This document shows, one piece after another, positions 11,030-21,388 of a stretch of DNA of 64,000 nucleotides (positions are counted from its first letter, which is position 1; every line of letters begins with the position of its first letter). The notes below the pieces were generated by a model. It saw only the letters and a program-made list of their open reading frames with translations. It made no database searches and was not told the DNA's origin. This DNA is from Cladosporium halotolerans (Eukaryota): NCBI RefSeq assembly GCF_011745625.1, contig NW_027191454.1, positions 930,001 to 994,000 on the forward strand, written 5' to 3'. Position numbers and translations under genes: made by a program.

Positions 11030-11550
11030 ATGGTCGTCGTACGCCTTCCCCCATCCCTCCCCTCCTCCCTCCAAACCCCAAACTAACCTCCCACCCTTCC
11101 CAGATCGGCTGCTGCGAAGCAATAATAGCCATTTTCCTCCCGCCCCTCGCCGTCCTCCTGCGCTCCGGCTGCGGCGTCCAATTCTTCATCAACATCCTGC
11201 TGACGCTCCTCGGCTGGCTGCCGGGCGTCATCCACGCCTGGTTCGTCATCGCCGCCGAACCGGGGCTGCGGCGGCGCCACTCGCACTCCCACCACTCGCA
11301 CTCGCACCACCACAGCCGGCCCTCGTCGCGCGCCGGCCACGGCCACCACCACCACCACGGCCACCACACGGGGCGGCACCACCCCAGACCGGCGCGCAGG
11401 AGTCTCGGGTACGATGACAGGCCGGTGTATAGGGAGAGTTATTACAGCGGGGGCGGGAGGCCGAGGAGCGTGAGGAGCGGGTATGGGCCGCCTCCGCCGC
11501 CGCCGATGCAGGAGACGGGGTATGCGTATGCGCCGCCGAGGCGGTATTAG
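11030..11550 (+). CDS. Pmp3/UPF0057-family small membrane proteolipid with His-rich and Pro/Tyr-rich C-terminal extension; exons 11030-11038 and 11104-11550
   Basis: Not in the ORF track. MVV/IGCCEAIIAIFLPPLAVLLRSGCGVQFFINILLTLLGWLPGVIHAWFVI is the Pmp3 signature. Intron GTACGC...ACTAAC...CAG; start context CAACCATGG. Confidence 0.88.
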
Positions 11551-12325
11551 AGCGGGAGAGCGAGGGGAGGGGAGGTTCAGGGCTGGGGGGAGTGGGTGGC
11601 GTTCTGAGTTCGCGGAGGGGAAATTGGGGCTGTATGAGTAAACGGGAGGGCTCGGATGGGTTTCGTCCGTTGGATGGGTTGGTTTCCACCACGAAGGGCA
11701 CCCTTGGGCGGGACTGGGGTTGGCCGCAGAGCTGCGCGCCCAGTCGGTGTGTTTATTTTCGTTTGATAGAGGCTCCGCGGCCGGGTTCTGTGCGCACTCA
11801 CGAGCATGCACCCATGACTCTTCTCGGGAAAACGAATGTTGAATGCACATAATCTTCATACTCATCACTATCTGCACCTGCATCTCTTCTTATCAATAAC
11901 GCAAAAGCCAAAATGGATCCAAGAAAACTGAGTGAGGGGGTATCCGATATTGGGGTATATCTCATTCCGCAACGAGGCCGACCTTCCTTTTTTGGTTTGT
12001 TCTCCGCCCTTTGATACAGCCCGTCGATTCCCCGAGAGACTGTCCTCTGAAAAGCAAATTCATAAACACATACTCCGGCGCGCAAAATCGTAATCATGAG
12101 TTGGAGACTTTTCCTCTTTTTTTGGTCCTTTTCTCTTTTTTTCTTGGTGTGGCCTGTACTCCAGATCCGCATCCAGGTAGAACTCCAGTCGCCTCGTGAA
12201 GAAAACGCGATGCAGCCGTGGCGTGTCACAGCAGCCGTGTCGCAAAGCACCATATCCGCCTGCCCGTTCCTGTATCCCTCTTCCTCGTCTGATCCTTCGT
12301 AAATTTCGTAAAACAACCAGCGCCC

Positions 12326-14153
12326 TCAACCCCAAATACTCGCCCTCCGCTCCACATCCTCCTGCTCCACGCACCCTTCGAACCAAGGACTCCGGAGCGC
12401 ATCGCCGACCGTCCACCGAATATCCGCCTCGAGCTCCAGACACCCCTTGACGAGCTCGATGGCGGCCTCCGAGCCCGCCGCCGCCTGCCGCAGCGCGTCG
12501 CCGTCCCAGTCCGAGTGCATGATGAGCTCGACGGTCTTGCTGGGCATGGCGTGGCGGAAGGGCAGGTCGCCGGTGCACAGGGCGTAGACGACGACGCCGA
12601 AGGCCCAGACGTCGCCGGCCGTCTCGAACAGCTTGCGGTTGACCGTGAGCCCTTTGGGCGAGGCGTACTCGAGCGTGCCGATGACCGAGGAGGTGGTGTA
12701 GAGGCGCCCGGAGGAGCCGTTGGCCGAGGGCGAGCCGAGCGTGCCGTCATCCAGCTGCTCGCTGGTGTGCTCGTCCATGCTGCCGCCTTGCAGGAAGTCG
12801 GCGAGGCCGAAGTCGCAGAGGCGGAGGGTGCCGCCTTCGGTGTCGGCGTTGGGGGCCGAGAGGTCGACGAGGCAGTTTTCGAGCTTGACGTCGCGGTGGC
12901 AGACGCGGATGTCTTCGTGGAGGTAGCGCAGGGCGCAGGCGAGCTGGTAGGCGTAGCGTTTCGCTAGCTTGGGGTCGAGGCCTTTTGAGCCTCCGGTGTT
13001 GGCTGCTATTGTCCGTTGCTTGGCTACCATGTCGAATAGAGAGCCTCCTATGTTCAAGTCCATCACGCAGAATGTAGCGAATTCCGTATCGTATACGGCG
13101 TGCAAGCTGAGAATGTTTCGGTGTTTGAGATACCGCCACACAGACACTTCGTGCTCGAGTTCTTGCTGCGCTTTGTCGTTTGCAATCTCGTCATGGCCCT
13201 GAACTTGTTTGCGAACGATCTTGACAGCTCTGATGATGCTCTCTCCAGTCCGTGGATTAAACGAGTGAACTTCTTTGACGACACCGAAACCACCGCGGTT
13301 GACAGTCCTGCCAATGATGTACTCATTGTTCAGCCCAATGGCTTGACCTTCATCATCAGGTTTAGGCTCAGCGGGTGCGGGCTCAGAGGTGACTTCACTT
13401 CTATGCCATGAGGACAAAAACGCATGAGCAGGACTTGCAGACATCTGACTGGGTTCACCGGAGCGACGCGAAGACCGCCGTGAGCTGGAACCCAATCCTG
13501 ATATTCTGGACACACGAGAGGTACGCAACGACCGCGTGCTTGAGTTTCTGCTTAGTGGGTTGTTACTATCATAAGTGGGCGACATGAGAGGAGAAGTTAT
13601 TTGAGTTCCGTCGAGCGAGTGATTCACTTTCCGAGATTCGGGGATCGTCTGGGGCGAGACTGTAAGCCGGGCAAGACTATCAAGAGAAGTGGTCATGTTG
13701 GATTCGGATGACGATGGAGAAGATGGACCGGGAGAAGCGACATCTTCAGGGGTTGCGTTAGGCAGAGATGTCCTCGATTCGTATGTCGGGGAGGCTGCTA
13801 TGGGGACTGCCCGGCTGCTTGACATCGGGGTCTGGGATTGGGGGCCCTGCGTCGGGTTCACTGTTGCTCCGCTGTACTGGGTCGCCTGCGGTGTATGTCA
13901 GAGATATGACTCATGTTGGTGGATGACATCAGAGAAAATGCCTGAGTCAACTTACCTGTGAATGGATTGGTCTTGAAATGGGCCGGATCGTATCGCTCGA
14001 GTGTGTCTGCAGTTTCATCTGCGGTCGGCTCGACATCACGGGCGAGTCTGGGAGGCGACCGACCTCTCTTGCCACCCTTTCTGGCGTTGGGACCTGAGGG
14101 ATGGTCTGTGGAGAGGATGAGCGGAATGCGTTCTCCATCGTCGGTGACGGCAT
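12326..14153 (-). CDS. Ser/Thr protein kinase, Nnk1-like; exons 14153-13956 and 13885-12326
   Basis: Kinase motifs RGGFGVV, AVKIV, HRDVKLEN, LCDFG, GTLEYASP, DVWAFG. The 70-nt intron (CAG|GTAAGT...CTGAC...GCAG) joins the 13947-14267 frame (MPSPTMENAF...PIHSQ) in phase 0 to the kinase frame. Start could be 14153 or 14138. Nnk1 assignment is from recalled similarity only. Confidence 0.85.
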
Positions 14154-15033
14154 GGGTGCCGAACGAGATGCTTTTTCCGCGCCTGCGAAGGTTGGCCTGC
14201 AGGGCAGCGAGCTCGGCAGATCGCTGGTCGGCTCTGCCCTCGGAGAAGGCCCGCCAGGAGACACCACCGCCCTGTTGAGCTTTGGGTTTGTCGACTCGCT
14301 TTATGTAGGTTGGTGTTCGGCTGGTGTTGAACAAAGGGGCGAGGGCGTCGATGTCGGGGTCGTTTGTGTCGTCTTGGCTGTTGGACCGCGAGGACAGGGC
14401 TTCGTCGTCTTCGTCGTCACTGTCTTGCAAGTACTTTGTGCCGGCGAAAGGCGAGGCTACGGTATGTCGTGGCGGAGCGAGCTTGCTCTGGGCGTTTTCT
14501 TTTTCTGTCCGTGGGGAAGAAGATCTGCGTCCAGGGCTTTTGGCGTCGGAGTTGTTGCGTGGAGACGGGCTGGGTCGTCGGTCACGTCGCGCAGGCGGGG
14601 AAAGCGTGTCGTCGGCCTCGTCGTCGCTCTCGTCGAGGTAGGCGAGGATGCCGCCGGCTTGTGTTTTCGCGGCCAGGGAGCGGCGATGGGCAGCGGCGGT
14701 CTTCTCGGCAGAGGGTCGTCGGGCGGCGCCGTCGGAGACGTGCGAGGCGGCCAGCTGGTCGGGCGCAGGGCTGAGGCGGCGGTCGAACTTGTTCTTGGGC
14801 GGCGTGGTCAGAAATTCATCGTCGCGGTCGGCGAGGTTGGAGTTGGAGTTTGGCGACGCTGGCTTGGCGGCAGTAGCGGGCTTTGTGTTAGGCGGCGACT
14901 TGGCCGAGGGCTTGCGGCTGCGGCGGGCGTCGTCAATCTCATCTTCGAAGCCAGTGTCGAAGGGATTGCGACGCCGGCGGCCGGTGTCGACGCGCAAGGC
15001 CTTGAAGTGCTTCTGGATGTCGTATGCGGCCAT
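13758..15033 (-). CDS. Uncharacterised ~401-aa disordered protein overlapping the kinase 5' end in another frame; exons 15033-13956 and 13885-13758
   Basis: Long ORF MAAYDIQKHFKALRVDT... with acidic and Ser/Pro/Arg patches. After the shared intron it reads GDPVQRSNSEPD...LPDIRIEDISA* (TAA 13760-13758). Confidence 0.65.
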
Positions 15034-18000
15034 GCAAGCAAGCGGCACGTGAAGGCGAGGGATGCGAGGGCGGGCGGGTGTTAGCGTGAAGTGGGGCAGG
15101 GCAGGGCGCGCTGCGAGGCGAGAGGCGAGACAAAGCCCGGCGGCGTGGGGAGCCTCAGGTGGGAGCTGGCAGTGGGAGTGATGAGCGATGAGGGCACGAA
15201 GGCGGCGGCGGCGGGCGCGGCGACGGCGGAGTGAGTGACGGGGATGATATGATGGCGTGGGTTGGAGTTGGAATGCGCGAGCGGCCGGACTGAGGGAGCT
15301 CAAGGGCGTGACGGGGCCTGATGGACTGAAGGGAGCAGCGCAGGGCGTCGATCTCGCCGGCCAGCTTGATATCATGCCGAGCGTGGTTTGAGGCGCCAAG
15401 CAAACACCGCCCCCGAGCTAGACTGCTGCGCGCGCGCGCCGCCAGCATCATGTGCAAGCCGCCTGGACGAGAGGGTGGCACGGCGGACGAGGACGCCAGT
15501 GATGCCGCTCTGGCCCTCAGCGCCCGCAGCGCCCACAGCACCCACAGAGCAGCCTCCGCCGCCCGTGCAAGGCCCCTCGCGCGCCTCTCCCCGCAATCTG
15601 CGGGCGCTATGTTATTAGGTAGGTCCTCACGCCAGCCAACGGATCCAGCGCGCTCTTGGCGCTGCGCTACAGCTCCCTGCCTGGAGGAGGCATGTGTGGT
15701 ACCCTCCCTCACTACTGAGCTGCTCCATCTCACGCCCCACGCGGCAGCAGAACAAGCAACCAGGCAAGCAGCCGGCGTCCGCGGCCGCAAATCTCACCCT
15801 GCCATCCACATCCACATCGTGCACCCAGCCGCGGCTCCCTTCCCGCCATGACTCGGCAAGGCCGTCATGTCTGCAGCCGTACGGGTATCCCATCACGAGC
15901 ACCCACCCGCCACGGGCAGCCGCCTGTCCGGGCCCCACCGCCCGACTACGTGTCCGTGGATACGGCAGCGCTGAAACAGCACTCGAACCCCGTCGTGTAA
16001 ATGCCTCGTTTAGCGGCCCTCTGATCGCCGGTGGAGCTGTCAATATAATGCGCGCACGCGCTGACCCAGAAAGCAAAGTGTCGATGTCACGCTGCAGCTG
16101 TGTCAGCTCTTCACAGCATGCGGCCAAGCCGGAAGCGTTGCACGGCCAAGAGCATCATGCCATCCGCTGCGGAGGCGATCGTCGAGGCATTTCGACGCGG
16201 CTCGTAGAGTTTGATAGCAGTGTTTCGCTTGATGTCGCTTGTAAGCATCGGGCGAGGGTGAGATGTCGGCCGTGATGACATAATTCTGTCGACCGGATAC
16301 TCCATCCACTCATACTCAGCCTCAGTAGCACGGAAAGCAAAATGAACACAGACATCCGGCGTTTCCGGATCAACGTGCTCAGCTATAGGGCTGAATTGCT
16401 TGTCATAGCTTGTCGCGGGTCTGTGACGGTGAGAACGAGTGAGACAGCAGCCTTGTGAGACAGACGTCGTTTCCCGCCATAGTCGGCACGATCAGCACAG
16501 AGAAATCTGTCGAGACCGGGACAAAGGGCTCGCGGTGCGACGTGCGCTCAAGAATCCTCACCATCTCACACCGCCACATCGGCAATCTACGCTCGTGAAA
16601 AACAATTATTGGTTACCGAAGAACCAGATGACTGTCTCGCTACCAAGGGTTGCATCAAGAGGTCCCTATCCCAGGGCTCAACCCGACAGGCTGCTTATAC
16701 GAAAGAGGACGTATTCTTCTTTGGCTTTGTAGGGACATGCTTATCTCAGCATGTATCAACCAGGTTGTGTACCCACATGTAAGCAGTCCTCCTAGAATCT
16801 AATCTCACACACCAGAAGTCAAAGGGAGGACAATATCGAGTGGCCGGCCAGTCAACGATCAGACCTCATACTAATGAGGCGTCCTAGCTCAAGGTGCTTA
16901 CGCTCATCTCACGCACCTCATCCTTGACTTATGCCGCATCCTGCCTTCGCTTACCCGAAAGTTTGTATCGAATGTGCTGTCGTGGGAAGGACACAGTCCC
17001 GACATCACTAGGGAAATATAGCATGATACGCTCTCTCGCGGTCTTCGAGAGATTTCCAGAGCGGCTTTTCGACGGATGTGAGTTCTCCATTACCTCCAGA
17101 TTAGTTTCACAGGACTTGACCGTACGAACGGCCAAGAATGCCATGCATTTTTGTCCGTAAGCGGTGGTCGAAATCTCCTCAAAAACCAGCATGGATGCCT
17201 AGTGGCCGAAATAGCCACTGGTGATTTTACGTTTCGTTCGCGTTCGCCTCCAAACATGAGAAATCGCGTAGCGGCTTGAAGTGATTATTTACCAGTAATT
17301 ACAGCAACAAATGCTACGCACGTGATGGCATCTTCGACTCAACGTGGAGGCTAACTCGGATATACCAACACATCAGGGATGCAAGCAGACACAATGTTTT
17401 TGTTTGCATCTCAGTTTTCGAGGCTGATGGCATTGGTAGGCAAACCTACATGTAGACGTCTTCAGACGCTCGTTGCTTGCAAACGCGGGCGTCATAGATC
17501 AATGAACGGGAATTTGGTGCCGTTCATTGCTGAAGCTGGGGCTCCTTTCAGAGCTGTCTCGATGGCAGATGGGCAGATAGAAGTATATCAGCTCGGGCAG
17601 ATAGGTCGTCATACAAGATCGGTCCCTTGCCGGAGAATATAGACTAGTGCCAGTAAGCGTGGTCGCTAGCAACAACGCATAAAGGCGGTGATACGCCAGC
17701 CTCGACGTTATCTTCACAATTCGACGTTTCCGTGAGTGCGTACGGCATCAGACTGTAAATATTATAGAACAAGCTTTTCGTTGTGTCCCTTCTCTGCGCG
17801 ATCAATCGATTGCCCTCGAGACGTCGATCGCACGAGAAGCCCCCTGAGGCGCGTTTAGCGACTGACGTTGTTCGAGCAACTGCCACGGTGGAGCGCTCGG
17901 GAAGCTCCCGGCGCTCTCCAAAGCCCAAGCCAGCCCAAGCAAGAGAGCCGTCCATCATCTGACCTTTGCGCGTGCCCGTTGACTTCGCGCCCTCGCATGC

Positions 18001-18206
18001 CACCACAGATCGCCAGCAATACCTTAATGCGCAACACATACCACTAGCGAGACACTCGCCCGCCGCAAAACGCCATCCCCCCTCCGCCGGACGACCCTGA
18101 CCCCCGAGCCCGCCCAGCGCGCGCGCGAGACTGAGGCCGAGAGAGCCCCAACAGGAGCTGCTGGCCCGCTGCGGCGCCTCATGCTCGCAAGGCCACGGCC
18201 TGCACG

Positions 18207-20215
18207 ATGAGCGACCTCTGCCGCCGCCTGTTCTACTGCTGCGTGCCCAACCGCATCAAGAACGACTATGAGAACGTTCTTGCCGACTCCGAGCGCGAGG
18301 CCGTCGCCGACCTGCTCAACTACCTCGAGAATGTAATGTCCTCCTCCTCCCACCGCCGCAACCGGTTCGCTACCGCGTGCCTGGCGCCTGCGCAGCCGCG
18401 ACGCTGCTACACCGCTTCTCGCAGACCTGTTTGCTGACCGTGACGATTGTTTGCAGAGAGCCGAGACCGACTTCTTTTCGGGCGAGCCGCTGAATGCGCT
18501 CAGCACCCTCGTCTACAGCCAGAACATCGACCTTCAGCGTAGTGCTAGCTTGACGTTTGCTGAGATCACGGAAAGAGGTGCGTTGCGTTGGGTAGGAGAG
18601 CATATCTAGGCTGGACACTTGCTTATCATTTTCTCGCAGATGTACGGCCCGTCGATAAAGCTACCCTCGAACCGATCCTCTTCTTGCTCGAAAGCCCAGA
18701 CATTGAGGTTCAGCGGGCTGCCTCAGCTGCCCTGGGCAATCTTGCTGTAGATGGTAAGATCGTGAACAACACTATGCGATAGAGCGCAGCTGACCCACCG
18801 CAGGCCAGAACAAGGTGCTGATCGTCTCCCTGAACGGCCTGGTCCCCCTCATCCGACAGATGAACTCGCCCAATGTCGAGGTGCAATGCAACGCAGTCGG
18901 CTGCATCACCAACCTCGCCACACATGAAGAGAACAAAGCGCGGATAGCGAGATCAGGCGCGCTCGCGCCCCTCACGCGGTTGGCGAAGAGCAAGGACATG
19001 AGAGTACAGAGGAATGCCACAGGCGCTCTGCTCAACATGACGCACTCGGACGACAACCGCCAGCAGCTCGTATCAGCAGGCGCCATCCCCGTCCTGGTCG
19101 GCCTTTTGAGCAGCCAGGACACCGATGTACAATACTACTGCACCACGGCTCTGAGCAACATCGCAGTCGACTCGGCCAACAGGAAGAGGCTGGCGCAGAC
19201 GGAAACGAAGCTGGTGCAGAGCCTGGTCATACTCATGAAGGGCCAGGCGCCCAAGGTGCAATGCCAGGCCGCGCTCGCGCTGCGCAACCTGGCCAGCGAT
19301 GAAAAGTACCAATTGGACATCGTCAGGGCCGGGGGCCTGCCGCCTCTGCTGCAGCTGCTGCAGTCTAGTTACCTGCCGTTGATTCTGTCGGCCGTGGCGT
19401 GCATAAGAAACATCAGCATACACCCGATGAACGAGTCGCCCATCATCGACGCGGGCTTCCTGCGGCCTCTGGTCGATTTGCTGGGGAGCACGGAGAACGA
19501 GGAGATCCAGTGCCATGCGATCTCCACTCTGCGCAACCTTGCGGCGTCTTCGGACAGGAACAAGCAGTTGGTGCTGGATGCGGGCGCTGTGGAGGAGTGC
19601 AAGCGTCTGGTGTTGGATGTGCCGCTGAGCGTGCAGAGCGAGATGACGGCTGCTATTGCTGTTCTCGCGCTTTCGGACGAGCTCAAGCCGCATCTTCTGA
19701 AGCTGGGCGTGTTCGATGTGCTCATCCCGCTGACGAAGAGCGAGAGCATTGAGGTGCAGGGTAACAGTGCAGCCGCTCTGGGCAACCTCAGCAGCAAAGG
19801 TGTGTTTTAATATCTGCCACGACGTCGAAAAGGCTTACTAACATTCACAGTCGGCGACTACACCCTCTTCCTCGAGTCTTGGAACCAACCTTCCGGCGGC
19901 ATCCACGGCTACCTCTCCCGCTTCCTCGACTCCCACGACGCCACCTTCCAGCACATCGCCATCTGGACGCTCCTCCAGCTCCTCGAGAGCAACGACCAGA
20001 AACTCCTCGACTCCATCAACCAAGCCGACGACGTGATGAGAATGGTCCGCGAGATCAGCGAGAAGACCGTCGAGTCCGAGGACGAGGGCGAAGGCAGCGA
20101 AGACGGCGGGGAGGGCGAGGTCGTCGCTCTCGCGCGGCGCTGCCTCGAACTCGCGAGCGGAGAAGTCACTCCGAGCGGCAGCGATGCCGGGTCGACGTCT
20201 GGCCACAGGACTTAG
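18207..20215 (+). CDS. VAC8: Vacuolar armadillo-repeat protein Vac8; exons 18207-18332, 18457-18577, 18640-18753, 18804-19799, 19851-20215
   Basis: [49 protein letters not shown] repeats ([31 protein letters not shown]), [12 protein letters not shown]. Four canonical introns keep the frame. Confidence 0.95.
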
Positions 20216-21388
20216 GGATTTCTGTGAGCGAAGGTCACCGGGAAGGCTAAAAACATCAGCGCACACGCGCAACTGCATCTACGCATCTAACCTACTACAA
20301 AACGAGCAAACGAGCGAAGACAGAGGGGTGTCGGGACGGTCGGGTGAATGAGAAACATGTCAGTCAGCCCTACGAGCGGTAAGGCAGGAAGGAGGGAAGG
20401 GCCCGCCGAACACCAGGGCGGGCAGCGAGCGTTTTGGGCGTTCTTTCTTCTTATGAATGGGTGAAGGCAAGATACACACGCTTGATCCCTATCATTTATT
20501 CGGGGTGGATGGCGGCGGACACCGAACAGTTGTTTCACCCCGGTGTCCGCTCGCCTGTTTTTTGTTCCTTTTGCGTTGCCCTAGAGCTGAGAGCTGTAGG
20601 GACTACGGTACCGTTTTCTCTTGTTTCTTTTCTGTTGTAATTCCTGGGTTGGTACGTTCGAGCGATGCATACTGTCTTAGAAATCTTTGGAAAAAAGAAT
20701 GGGCCTAGAATGTGGTTTCTCACTCCGTCTGGTTTTGTGGTGCTCTCGCGTCTTGTCTTCGCCAATGGCTTCGGGTGGTGGGATTGCTGTGATGTGGGCC
20801 GAGGTAGATGCCGGCCATTCACATGTCCTTCATATATGGCCCCCGGTGAATACTGCGCCATCCTCGCACAAGCCCCTGTTACACAGCGCGTGCATTTTGA
20901 TGACCTAATTCCCACGTGGCGCTGACTCCTCGGTGTGTCATACCGTCGCACCGCGCGAGGTCACGCGAGTTCAATGGCATCAAGCGCGTCGGCCGCCTTT
21001 CGCAAAGCTGCTCTCCTCCCACTCCACTGATCCGCCAGAACAATCCGTCACAGCAGCGCACATCAGTGACCATGATCACCAAGTCCGGCCTCAAGCACTG
21101 CCGCCTCCACCGCTTCATCATCGTCCCCAATAACAACACCTGAAGTCGGACTCGAAATCGCGGATCCGAACACGACTCGACCCGCCCTAGCCCTACCGAC
21201 CGCCGACGACCCTCATCTCCACAAACCTTGTTCCCCTCGGGCCGTGCGCGTATCAACTAACGATTACTTGATCGCCCCCGCTCGATAACCGCCCGAACCC
21301 GCGATAAGAGGCGTCGCTCCTCCACACTCCACAATCGCTTTGCTGCGGCTTGCTGCGGTATACCGCCGCTCACTGCGCTCTCAGCACC

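Noticed and set aside
14140..14300. Programmed +1 ribosomal frameshift from ORF1 into the kinase frame
   Set aside because: Geometrically possible, but I see no known shift site or in-frame stop at the junction, and in-frame ATGs explain kinase initiation more simply. Not fully excluded.
15400..18150. Possible transposon relic or hidden gene in the 2.7-kb gap between ORF1 and VAC8
   Set aside because: No terminal repeats, transposase or RT motifs, or AT-rich RIP signature visible; short ORFs lack recognisable motifs.
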